Assembly (NCBI GenBank): GCA_021779665.1
Contig: JAJYAG010000013.1
Coordinates: 4,076-68,075, forward strand
Direction: 5' to 3'
DNA length: 64,000 nt
Source of the DNA: Bacteroidota bacterium
GTDB lineage: Bacteria > Bacteroidota > Bacteroidia > Bacteroidales > JAAUTT01
Position numbers and translations under genes: made by a program. Below the pieces are notes generated by a model. It searched no databases and was not told the DNA's origin. It saw nothing but the letters and a program-made list of their open reading frames with translations. Below, one piece after another: positions 36,142 through 45,082 of the stretch. The stretch's first letter is position 1. Every line of letters begins with the position of its first letter.

Positions 36142-36915
36142 TTACCTTTCGTCCAGCTTAAAGTTAACAGGTAATGTAAATAGCTGCTTTACCGGTTTTC
36201 CTCCCTGTAATGGAGCACTCCATTTTGGAGAAGATTCAATTACTCTGATGGCTTCCTGGTCCATCAGTGGATCAGCGCCTCTTAAGACCTTAACACTTTC
36301 GACTTGTCCTGTTTTATTTACAACAAATTGTACAAAGACTTTACCGGTTACACCGTTTTCAGCGCAAACCTGAGGGTATTTGATGTTAGCAGCCACCCAC
36401 TTGTTGAAACTAAGCAGGTCTCCTCCCTGAAATTTAGCTTCAATTTCCACTTTTACAAACGGAGGCTCAACCACCTCAATAACATCGTCGTGTGTAACTA
36501 CCTCCGTAATCAAATCCGGAGGGGTTAAATTATCACTATTGTCAACCAGGTCTTCCATGGTGGCAAATACCGGTTCGTTTTCAGTTATTGTATCTACAAT
36601 TACAGGAGGTACATTTACCGGGCGATCGATTTTGATATCCGGAATTTCCGGAGGTACTATCTGGATTGTTGTATCCAACTCTACACCGGTGGTACCAAGT
36701 CCATTAAGTTGGGGTTTCTCATTTCCCCTATAATGATTATAAATCATGGGGGTAATTACCGAAGAAAGAACGAATAAAAAAGCTATACTAAAGGCAATAA
36801 TTACATACCCTTTTTGCTTTTTGCGAAGCATATATGCTCCGTATTCTTTGTTTCTGTTATTGAAAACAATTTCCTCGAAACTATTTCCAACTATTACATT
36901 TTCGTAAGGTGTCAT
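36142..36915 (-). CDS. tonB: TonB-family energy transducer, paralog b
   Basis: 257-aa ORF. Its N- and C-terminal regions are near-identical in pattern to paralog a, and the linker has diverged. Confidence 0.85.
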   Translation of the reverse strand: MTPYENVIVGNSFEEIVFNNRNKEYGAYMLRKKQKGYVIIAFSIAFLFVLSSVITPMIYNHYRGNEKPQLNGLGTTGVELDTTIQIVPPEIPDIKIDRPVNVPPVIVDTITENEPVFATMEDLVDNSDNLTPPDLITEVVTHDDVIEVVEPPFVKVEIEAKFQGGDLLSFNKWVAANIKYPQVCAENGVTGKVFVQFVVNKTGQVESVKVLRGADPLMDQEAIRVIESSPKWSAPLQGGKPVKQLFTLPVNFKLDER

Positions 36916-37168
36916 GGTTGCGAAATTTTAACGTTAGTAAACTGATGTGTGCTGGTTTTTTTTAATTAGGTAACCTAACGGTTAAAGTGTGCGTGAATCT
37001 ATTTAGAAGTTGAAATGGCAAGCCCAATACCGGTTTTTCAAGGCCTGTTGTTTACTTAAAAATAGTGATAGATTAGCTATCGGGCTTAAGAAAAACTACT
37101 CAAAATGTCGATGTAATAATTTCTTAATCAGTTCGGTACGTTTAATAGTTGAGCTCAATTAACTAATT

Positions 37169-37183
37169 TCAAAAGATGTGCCA
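37169..37183 (-). promoter_or_regulatory. sigma-54-like -24/-12 box (TGGCACATCTTTTGA)
   Basis: The minus strand reads TGGCAC-A-N4-TTGA. It lies in the 380-nt region upstream of tonB paralog b. Confidence 0.35.
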
Positions 37184-37246
37184 AACAGCTCAATTGACTG
37201 CGGAACGTTTGATAAAATATAAAGTTTTTCCTGGTTTGAAGCGATT

Positions 37247-37272
37247 AAAAAAGCCTTCCATTGCTGGAAGGC
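37247..37272 (-). terminator. rho-independent terminator after exbD paralog c
   Basis: The minus strand reads GCCTTCCA-GCAA-TGGAAGGC followed by TTTTTT. A near-identical copy is at 38156-38181. Confidence 0.7.
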
Positions 37273-37298
37273 CATAAAGAATTATTTATTTGGAGTGT

Positions 37299-37949
37299 TT
37301 ATTGAATTTCAACGTTTTTTCCTTCAAGAGCATCCTTCAGCATCTTCTTTTCAATATAGTTCATGTCCACTACCGCATATCGTGCAATGTTGGTGATGGC
37401 CATTTCATCCAGGACATCAACTATATTCCCATATTTTACACCATCTGCTGCTTTTATAAGCACAATCGGTCCTTCTTTATCGCTGTTTTTCATTTTCCTT
37501 AACTGCCGGTTGATCGAATCTTTAGGGTAATTGGCATAATTTCCCATTTCGCGCCCTACACTATCTTTATAATAGTACGACTTTTCGAACAATGCTTTAT
37601 TTCGTGCCAGTAATACTTTTCTTATTCCCTTTTCGCTAAAATTCGATTTGAACATGGTCGGGAGTTTTCCTTCGGTTGGATCGGCAAAGCCATTGTAAAA
37701 GAAAATCTGGTCCTTTTCTGCCAGAATAATAGTAAGGGCTTTTGATGGATTGATATCTCTGGGTTCGCCTTTCTGCGGCATTACTATCTCCATTACTTTA
37801 GGTTCATTGAAGGCAGTTGTAAGGATGAAGAAAGTGAGGAGAAGACAGGCTAAATCAACCATTGGGGTCATGTCGATGTGAGCGGGGAGTAATCTGGCTC
37901 GGCGTTTGCCTCTCTGGGCAGTGGCGCTTTCATTAATAATTTCGGCCAT
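37299..37949 (-). CDS. exbD: ExbD/TolR-family biopolymer transport protein, paralog c
   Basis: I take the start as MAEIINE (ATG at 37949). The track ORF extends to 37994. The IDMTPMVDLACLLLTFFILT motif is present. It is closely similar to the ORF at 39002-39664. Confidence 0.85.
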   Translation of the reverse strand: MAEIINESATAQRGKRRARLLPAHIDMTPMVDLACLLLTFFILTTAFNEPKVMEIVMPQKGEPRDINPSKALTIILAEKDQIFFYNGFADPTEGKLPTMFKSNFSEKGIRKVLLARNKALFEKSYYYKDSVGREMGNYANYPKDSINRQLRKMKNSDKEGPIVLIKAADGVKYGNIVDVLDEMAITNIARYAVVDMNYIEKKMLKDALEGKNVEIQ

Positions 37950-38089
37950 GGCTATTGGTTTTAAAAGGTTAAACAATAGTTTACCAGTTAGCATTCAATC
38001 TGATATTTGTTTATCAAACGGAGATCAGCTAAGGTATTTAGTTAAATATGAGTTGTTTGAAATATTTAAGCGCGCTTAATCTTATTAAT

Positions 38090-38104
38090 TCAAAACATGT
38101 GCCA
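38090..38104 (-). promoter_or_regulatory. sigma-54-like -24/-12 box (TGGCACATGTTTTGA)
   Basis: The minus strand reads TGGCAC-A-N4-TTGA. It lies about 140 nt upstream of the exbD paralog c ATG. Confidence 0.35.
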
Positions 38105-38155
38105 AACCTACCCGAATTTATAGCAATGGTTCGTTGATTTAAAAAAAATAAAAAC

Positions 38156-38181
38156 AAAAAAGCCCTCCATTGCTGGAAGGC
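38156..38181 (-). terminator. rho-independent terminator after tonB paralog c
   Basis: The minus strand reads GCCTTCCA-GCAA-TGGAGGGC followed by a T-run. It is a duplicate of the hairpin at 37247-37272. Confidence 0.65.
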
Positions 38182-38204
38182 TTTTCTTGTGTTTTGAGTA
38201 TTTA

Positions 38205-38981
38205 TTATTCCTGTAACTTGAAAATTACCGGAAGTGTAAATAACTGTTTTACAGGACGACCACCTTGCTTAGGAGGAGTCCACTTCGGAGAGGACTGTAC
38301 AACGCGGATAGCTTCCTGGTCTAATGAGGGGTCAACACCACGTAATACCTTGGCATCAACAACCTGACCTTTTGCATTAACAGCAAATTGTACGTAAACT
38401 TTACCTGAGATACCGTTCTCAACTGCAAGCTGAGGGTATTTAATATTCTGGCCAACCCAGGCATTGAAGTTACTAAGGTCACCACCCTGGAAAGTAGCTG
38501 GTTCTTCAACTACAAGGAAGGCTGGCTCTTCTTTCTCAATAACTTCTTCTTTTTTCTCTTCTACTATAATCTCAGTAGGAGGAGCTTCAGCTACAGCTGC
38601 ATCGATACTTTCTTCGAAAGTTGCAAGTTGAACTTCTTCTTTAACAGTATCTACAACCACCGGAGCCACAAACTTAACCTGAGCTTCGAGAGCTGCAGGA
38701 GGAGGTGGGGGAGGAGGTGGTGGAGGTGCATCTTCCAGATCTTCCAATTCAACAGTTACAGCTTTTTCTAAAAGCTTTTTCTGTTTGTTTTTATTGTAAT
38801 AGCTGTTAACCAAAGGAACTACTACAGCTGAAGATATAATGAAGAAGGAAAGGAAAAAAGCTACCATAAGGTACTTTTTGTATCTTCTTCTTAAATCGTA
38901 AGCTCCATATTCTTTGTTCCTATGACTGAAAACTATTTCCTCAAAACTATTTAATACTACGATGTCTTCTCTTGGCGACAT
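38205..38981 (-). CDS. tonB: TonB-family energy transducer, paralog c (Pro-rich linker)
   Basis: 258-aa ORF. It shares the N-terminal anchor and C-terminal domain of paralogs a and b. It is the only copy with a poly-Pro run (11 P). Confidence 0.85.
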   Translation of the reverse strand: MSPREDIVVLNSFEEIVFSHRNKEYGAYDLRRRYKKYLMVAFFLSFFIISSAVVVPLVNSYYNKNKQKKLLEKAVTVELEDLEDAPPPPPPPPPPAALEAQVKFVAPVVVDTVKEEVQLATFEESIDAAVAEAPPTEIIVEEKKEEVIEKEEPAFLVVEEPATFQGGDLSNFNAWVGQNIKYPQLAVENGISGKVYVQFAVNAKGQVVDAKVLRGVDPSLDQEAIRVVQSSPKWTPPKQGGRPVKQLFTLPVIFKLQE

Positions 38982-39001
38982 AATTTTTTTCTGTTTTAAG
39001 A

Positions 39002-39664
39002 TTATTGAACTTCGACATTTTTACCGGCAAGTGCATCGCTCAGCATCTTCTTTTCTACGAAGTTAAGGTCCGACACAGTATAACGAGCTATATTGGTAAT
39101 AGCCATTTCGTCCATTATATCAACAAAGTTTCCATAAGTTACTCCGTCAGCAGCTTTGATAAGCACAATAGGACCTTTTTTGTCGCCAGATCTGAATCTT
39201 TTAACCTGACTTTTGATAGAATCTTTAGGCTGATTGGCTTTGTATTTACCCAATCCCCTGCTCAAACTATCGTTGTAGAAATACACTTTTTCAAAAAGGT
39301 CTTTGTTTCTTTCCAAAAGAATTTTGCGGATACCATCTTTACTGTAGTTTGTCTTAATAAGAATGGGCAATGAACCCTTGGTAGGGTCGGCCAAACCATT
39401 GTAGTAAAAAATCTGGTCGTTCTCAGCCATGATAACGTTAATTACACGGCTATCATCAACCTTAGGAGGATCTTTAACCTTTTCCTTGCTTGGCATAACA
39501 ATCTCCATAATCTTAGGCTCGTTAAAAGCTGTCGTTAATATGAAGAATGTAAGCAAAAGACAAGCTAAGTCCACCATGGGTGTCATGTCGATGTGGGTGC
39601 TGTGCTTTTTCGCACGGCGCTTACCTTTTTTATGCCCACTATCACTTTCAATTATTTCTGCCAT
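39002..39664 (-). CDS. exbD: ExbD/TolR-family protein, paralog b
   Basis: 220-aa ORF with the IDMTPMVDLACLLLTFFILT motif. Confidence 0.85.
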   Translation of the reverse strand: MAEIIESDSGHKKGKRRAKKHSTHIDMTPMVDLACLLLTFFILTTAFNEPKIMEIVMPSKEKVKDPPKVDDSRVINVIMAENDQIFYYNGLADPTKGSLPILIKTNYSKDGIRKILLERNKDLFEKVYFYNDSLSRGLGKYKANQPKDSIKSQVKRFRSGDKKGPIVLIKAADGVTYGNFVDIMDEMAITNIARYTVSDLNFVEKKMLSDALAGKNVEVQ

Positions 39665-39667
39665 GGC

Positions 39668-40297
39668 TTATTTAGTATTTTGAGGTTTAACTTCTACCTT
39701 CTCCAGCGTAGATGTAAGGTTAAATCTATCAATTTTCTTATCCTGTACCATATCCATAACTTTCTTCACCACTTTATAATCACTTTCAGCATCACCTTTG
39801 ATGGTAACCTCAGCTTCAGGATTGTTTAAGCGGGCAAAATGAATCCACATGGCTAATTGATTGTCAAGTGAATCCATAGGGATCCCCGTTTGAAGTTGTT
39901 CCCTTTGACCACTTTCGGCATTTATCCAAAGTCTAACATCTTTAACGGGCATGCCGAATGATGCTAATCCTTCAAACTTTTTAACTTCCTCTGGGGTAAA
40001 AGGTACGCGAAAATAATCTCCCATGTTTTTAAGGAGCTTAGAACGCACGTGGCTGGTTGAATCCGGACCATTATCGATATTGAAAAATGCTTTATTGTCT
40101 TTCGATACGTAAATGGTAAATACATTCAACTTAGGAGCTATAATCTCCGAAGATGTAGTTGGGGTATCAACCTGCGCAGCTTCATCAGGACGAAACGTTG
40201 CAGTTAAAATGAAGAAAGTAAGAAGAAGGAGGAATAAGTCCACCATCGGCGTCATATCGATGCGAGGCGTTCTATGTGGAATCTTAAATTTTGACAT
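39668..40297 (-). CDS. exbD: ExbD/TolR-family protein, paralog a
   Basis: 209-aa ORF with the IDMTPMVDLFLLLLTFFILT motif. It is more divergent than the other two copies. Confidence 0.85.
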   Translation of the reverse strand: MSKFKIPHRTPRIDMTPMVDLFLLLLTFFILTATFRPDEAAQVDTPTTSSEIIAPKLNVFTIYVSKDNKAFFNIDNGPDSTSHVRSKLLKNMGDYFRVPFTPEEVKKFEGLASFGMPVKDVRLWINAESGQREQLQTGIPMDSLDNQLAMWIHFARLNNPEAEVTIKGDAESDYKVVKKVMDMVQDKKIDRFNLTSTLEKVEVKPQNTK

Positions 40298-40316
40298 ATT
40301 CTATTCCCTTCTAAAT

Positions 40317-41135
40317 TTATTTCTTAAGAGTTGTAGCAAAAGTTTGTGTTAAACTAAAAGCAGCTTCATCAATTTTGTAAGTCATAGCATCGATTTTCGA
40401 CGAGAAGAAGTTGTAGAAAACGATTGCTATAGTCGAACCGGAAATACCAAAAGCAGTGTTAATAAGAGCTTCAGAGATACCGGTTGAAAGAGCTAATGCA
40501 TCAGGAGCACCAGAAGTTGCTAACGCACCGAATGCACGGATCATACCAAGTACTGTACCAATAAGACCAATAAGCACCGAGATTGAAGCAACAGTTGAAA
40601 GAATAACCAGGTTTTTCGAAAGAATTGGTAATTCAAGAGCTGTAGCTTCTTCTAATTCCTTCTGCATAGCAATTACTTTCTGGTCGTTAGGCAAACTAGC
40701 ATCGTTTTGTAAGCTTCTGTAACGGTGTAAGCCAGCTTTTAAAACGTTTGCAAGCGAACCTCTCTGTTTGTCACAAAGTTGAACAGCTTCTTCAATTTTG
40801 TCTTCCTTTAAAAGGGTCTGTATGTTACGAACAAAAGTTGAAATTCTTCCTCTGCCTTTTGCACGGGCTAAGGTGATCCATCTTTCTACTGTAAAGGTAA
40901 GTAACACGATAATTACGGTGATCAGAACCGGTACAATAGGTCCTCCTTTATAGATCATACCTAAGTAATTTCCCTGAATCGGGTGACCTTTTGGGTTACC
41001 ACCTTCGAAGTTAACAGGGTCGCCCATTACAAATAAATAAATAGCAACCGCAACACCAAACGATAAAATAATTACCGATGCGGCAAAAATGGATTGCAAA
41101 GCTTCCTTTAAAGATTGTTGTCCTTTATTACTCAT
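40317..41135 (-). CDS. exbB: MotA/TolQ/ExbB proton-channel protein
   Basis: 272-aa ORF with 3 TM segments. It has the C-terminal pattern GLIGTVLGMIRAF...ISEALINTAFGI. Confidence 0.85.
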   Translation of the reverse strand: MSNKGQQSLKEALQSIFAASVIILSFGVAVAIYLFVMGDPVNFEGGNPKGHPIQGNYLGMIYKGGPIVPVLITVIIVLLTFTVERWITLARAKGRGRISTFVRNIQTLLKEDKIEEAVQLCDKQRGSLANVLKAGLHRYRSLQNDASLPNDQKVIAMQKELEEATALELPILSKNLVILSTVASISVLIGLIGTVLGMIRAFGALATSGAPDALALSTGISEALINTAFGISGSTIAIVFYNFFSSKIDAMTYKIDEAAFSLTQTFATTLKK

Positions 41136-41190
41136 ACCAAATTAATTTTAAAAAAGATTAAACATTATTATTCATTAGTTACTTTAGTTA

Positions 41191-43011
41191 CTACTTTAAG
41201 TTGTTAATCATATTGATCTGCTTCTGAATACTATTAATAGCAGTAGAAGCAGTCTTGTTCGAAGGATCTAATTTTAATAATTCCTGGAACATACTTTTGG
41301 CTTGCTCCCATCTGCCAGTGCCTCCAGAATTGGGGGCAAGGTCGGTATAAAGAGATGCAAGACCACCGTAGGCCACTTTCAGCCATTCCTTGTTATTAGG
41401 ATCTAAAGATAGGATTTTTTTGAAGTATTCTTCACTTTGTATTTTGGCTCCTTTATCATCGCCATAGAGGTAGAAAGAGGCCATGTATTTATAAGCATCG
41501 AATAATTCTCTTGCATACTTTTTCGGATCGGTGTTACCCAACGCAATAACAGCCTCATATTTTGGTTTGGCAAGCCCTAATTTTGATTCAGGGTCCTGGT
41601 TTGCATAAGCATTAGCCGCCCTGTTGAGAGCTTCCATATTTTTAGGATCAATAACAACAACTTTGTCGTAGGTTTCGCCTGCTTTTACAAAATCTTTGGT
41701 ATTCATATAAGCCCTTCCTAATTGCATCAGGTCGAATACGGTGGCGGTACCTGCTGTAACCTTTTTGTTAAAGGTGTTAATAGCATTCTGGTAATCCTCG
41801 ATGTACATATACGATGCTCCAATTTCGGTAATCAGGTTTTCGTCCTTGGTCATTTCGTACGATTTATAAACCATTTCAACACCTTTGGAGATAGAAACAG
41901 AGTCTTTTTTCAATTTGATAAGAGTACGACCGTAGTATAAATAGTCCTTTGGTGTAATACTGCTTGGTTTGGCATTTGCAAAGAATGCAGACATAAACTT
42001 TTCTGCTTCTTCGTAATTCGGGTTCTTTTTGTCGAAACTTGAATAACCAGCTACGCGGTTCAGGTAGTTTCTTGTGTTATCCAAAGCCTGAATTTCTTTT
42101 ATTACTGCAATTGCTTCTTCATAATCTTTGGTTTTATAAAGAGAACCCACGTAACTTACTTTTGCAGGAATATTATTGCCTGATAATGCGAGATATTTTC
42201 TGAAGTTTTCTTTTGCAAGCTGATATTTACCGGCAATGCTCCATAATTCACCATAACTTCTGTAAACCGAAGCATTGGTCGAGTCAATTTCTTTCGCCTG
42301 GTCATAATAGCTGCGGCTTAAATCGTAGTTTTTAGCGGCAAGGTATAAGTCTCCTTTTCTGATTAAAGGTAATGGCGATTTATCATTAAGAGATTCTGCT
42401 GCGCTGAAGTTCTGAATTGCGTTGGATCCATCCTTGCGGTCGAGATATATATCGCCGGCCTGCATAGCAACTTCGAAGCTTTGGGGGGCAATTTCCTTAG
42501 CTTTGGCTATGTAGTTTGAGGCGGTTTGAAATCTTTTTTTATCGCCCAGCATGCATGCAAAAGCCATTTTTACATACACCAAACCATGCATTTCAGTGTA
42601 TTTCTTCTTGTTTTTTGGAAATTTGATAAGAGCTCTTTGAAAATATGCATTTGCACCAGCTGTGTCATTTTCACAAAGTTGTTTAACCATGCTCATACCA
42701 GCATAGTTGAGAAGATACATTGAATCTTTCTGTAGACCTGTTTCAAAGGCTTTTTTAGAATCGGTACAAACATCACTTATGGAGTTCGAAAGAGAGTCGG
42801 CTAGGTACTCACGAATAATTGTTTGTCCTAAATAAAAGTAAGCACTGGCATTGTTTGGTTCACTTTGAATGATTTTATTGAGCAATTCCTTTGCATCATC
42901 AAATCTTTCTGCTAAAGCATAATTTCTGGCTGTTTCAAGATTTTGCCCAAAAAGGTTGGTAATCCCTAAAAAGAAAATTACTACAACTGTAGCTAGTTTA
43001 ATCCTCACCAT
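41191..43011 (-). CDS. tetratricopeptide-repeat protein
   Basis: 606-aa ORF with a signal/anchor. It has many A-x-x-Y-x-x-A TPR-like repeats. Its position beside exbB is as in other Bacteroidota. Confidence 0.7.
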   Translation of the reverse strand: MVRIKLATVVVIFFLGITNLFGQNLETARNYALAERFDDAKELLNKIIQSEPNNASAYFYLGQTIIREYLADSLSNSISDVCTDSKKAFETGLQKDSMYLLNYAGMSMVKQLCENDTAGANAYFQRALIKFPKNKKKYTEMHGLVYVKMAFACMLGDKKRFQTASNYIAKAKEIAPQSFEVAMQAGDIYLDRKDGSNAIQNFSAAESLNDKSPLPLIRKGDLYLAAKNYDLSRSYYDQAKEIDSTNASVYRSYGELWSIAGKYQLAKENFRKYLALSGNNIPAKVSYVGSLYKTKDYEEAIAVIKEIQALDNTRNYLNRVAGYSSFDKKNPNYEEAEKFMSAFFANAKPSSITPKDYLYYGRTLIKLKKDSVSISKGVEMVYKSYEMTKDENLITEIGASYMYIEDYQNAINTFNKKVTAGTATVFDLMQLGRAYMNTKDFVKAGETYDKVVVIDPKNMEALNRAANAYANQDPESKLGLAKPKYEAVIALGNTDPKKYARELFDAYKYMASFYLYGDDKGAKIQSEEYFKKILSLDPNNKEWLKVAYGGLASLYTDLAPNSGGTGRWEQAKSMFQELLKLDPSNKTASTAINSIQKQINMINNLK

Positions 43012-43041
43012 AATTAGTTAAATATAGATTAGTAAAAAATT

Positions 43042-43974
43042 TTATTCATTTGCAACTTTCACAAATCGAATAGGCATCGTTGCAGGTACCAACTTCGACT
43101 TAAGAATAATTCTCTGACCCTGATCCCCTGCCATGAATGAAGCAAAACCTGATCCAAGTCCTGAAAAAGTTTCGCGGCTAATATAATACACTTCTCTGAC
43201 AAATGGATAAGATTGATCTGCAATATATGCCTGAAATGGTTTAACAAATGTTTCTTCGTCATAAACAGGACTTACTGCCACTACCTTAACTTTTTGCAGG
43301 AATGTGTGAGAAATCGAATCATGTTTATCACTGATCCAATTAACGCTTACTACCCCGATAGCGTTCGTATGTTTTTCAACATAATTTATTACGTCTGAAT
43401 TGGTAGACACCGCCTGACAATAAGCCGGAAGGGAATCTTTAATGCCAAATCTTTCCATCAGATAACGAACATTTCCTGACTTTTTATTGTCGAAAACGAC
43501 TCTGATATCCTGCATGGAAGAACCACTGTTAATTTTTTTCCAGCTGTTATTTTCGCCTGTAAAAATTTTCTTTATATCAAGGAATGATAGAGTAGAATCC
43601 GGGTTTTGATTGTTTACGATAAAAGCAAGTCCGTCATAAGCAATTTTTGTTGCTCTGGGAACATATTGCTGACTGTTCAGGTATTCTTTCTCTTTTTCGT
43701 TTAAGGGGCGGTTTACTATGATGTTCTTTAAAGAATCCTTTAGAAACAATTCGATAATTTCTTGTTCGTTAGAATAGATAGGATTTATTTTCGCGTATTT
43801 ATAAATCGTTTGAAATGTATAAATCTCGGTATCTAAAAGAAGTTGATAGGATTCGTCCACCCCGATTTTGATATTTCCTTTGGTAGGAGTTTCGTCGTTT
43901 TGTTTTGGTCCGCTGACACAGGAAAACAAAAGTGGCAAAGCCAGTGAAATGAACAATAATTTACTCAGCCTCAT
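43042..43974 (-). CDS. PstS-like periplasmic substrate-binding lipoprotein
   Basis: 310-aa ORF with lipobox LFSC. The PBP-like pattern is commonly found in this TonB cluster context. Confidence 0.55.
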   Translation of the reverse strand: MRLSKLLFISLALPLLFSCVSGPKQNDETPTKGNIKIGVDESYQLLLDTEIYTFQTIYKYAKINPIYSNEQEIIELFLKDSLKNIIVNRPLNEKEKEYLNSQQYVPRATKIAYDGLAFIVNNQNPDSTLSFLDIKKIFTGENNSWKKINSGSSMQDIRVVFDNKKSGNVRYLMERFGIKDSLPAYCQAVSTNSDVINYVEKHTNAIGVVSVNWISDKHDSISHTFLQKVKVVAVSPVYDEETFVKPFQAYIADQSYPFVREVYYISRETFSGLGSGFASFMAGDQGQRIILKSKLVPATMPIRFVKVANE

Positions 43975-44176
43975 GATTATTAGTGTTAAGCTTGTTTATA
44001 AGTGATATTATTCGTATCAAACCATATGCCAAAAGGATAACCCCCACCACTTTTTTCATTTCTCCCGGAATGTATACAAATAAGTCTGTAAATAGCAATA
44101 CCGATCCAAAAATGAGGAACAAGCTGCTGATAGCAAAGCTGAATATAATTAATATCTTACTAAAATCGAGCTTCAT
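43961..44176 (-). CDS. small two-TM membrane protein
   Basis: I take the start as MKLDFSK (ATG at 44176). The stop overlaps the downstream start by 14 nt. Confidence 0.45.
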   Translation of the reverse strand: MKLDFSKILIIFSFAISSLFLIFGSVLLFTDLFVYIPGEMKKVVGVILLAYGLIRIISLINKLNTNNHEAE

Positions 44177-44542
44177 TTTTAACGCAAACAAATGTATATA
44201 AAAATTAATTACAATCAAATCAATTATTTATATGTATTTATCTCTACTTTGAAAAGTTTCGAATTTACACTTTATTTAAAATTATTGTTAAAAATTGATG
44301 GAAAAAATAAAGCTTAATTTGTTTAAAATTCAGTCTCAGGTAAAAAGCAATAATCAATTTTAATTAGCATTGATAAGAAAAATGGCTGAATTACTGAAAT
44401 ATATAAAGTTTATGTATTAATAACAGCTAACGTCGGCCATAGTTTTAAATTAACATGTGTTTATGATTTTTTCATTATATTATTTTTACCAAATTATTTA
44501 ATTTCACCCATATAAATTATTACTAATCTAACCTTTCACTCT

Positions 44543-44983
44543 ATGAAAAAAATGGCCCAATCATTCGTGCTTTTAATGCTTCCGATTTCTTTAATTTTCC
44601 TTGGCGGATGCAGCTCTTCAAAGAAAACAGCGTCTGCTCCAGCTGCAGCTACTCAACCGGCAACCAGTCAACAGGCTCCGGCTGCTGTTATTTCCGGACC
44701 GTATATTGGTACCTGGAGTTTTACAGTAACAGGTACACCCGATGGCGATACAAAAGGTGATATGATTATTTCCCAAGCGGGTAATGTTTTGAAAGGAACT
44801 ATTAGCTCCGGAGGCGGACAGTCAGAAATTAAGGATCTTAAAATTGTAAATAATGTTCTAACCGGATTGTTCGATTATAATGGAATGTCCATCAATATGA
44901 CCGGAACTTTCAATGGGAATTCTTATGAGGGTAAAGTTGAAGCACAGGGTTATGCCTTCCCTATGACAGCAACAAAAAAATAA
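44543..44983 (+). CDS. hypothetical lipoprotein
   Basis: 146-aa ORF with lipobox LGGC followed by a low-complexity A/P/Q linker. Confidence 0.65.
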   Translation: MKKMAQSFVLLMLPISLIFLGGCSSSKKTASAPAAATQPATSQQAPAAVISGPYIGTWSFTVTGTPDGDTKGDMIISQAGNVLKGTISSGGGQSEIKDLKIVNNVLTGLFDYNGMSINMTGTFNGNSYEGKVEAQGYAFPMTATKK

Positions 44984-44994
44984 TGAAATAAAAA

Positions 44995-45044
44995 GGTCAA
45001 TTATTTGTCGGTTCGTAAGTAACAAGACAAATAATTGACCTTTT
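44995..45044. terminator. bidirectional terminator with 15-bp perfect stem
   Basis: GGTCAATTATTTGTC (44995-45009) pairs perfectly with GACAAATAATTGACC (45026-45040). An A-run precedes it and a T-run follows. Confidence 0.8.
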
Positions 45045-45082
45045 GCACGCTCTCTGGCTTTGACCTGATGCCTCGTTCGTTT

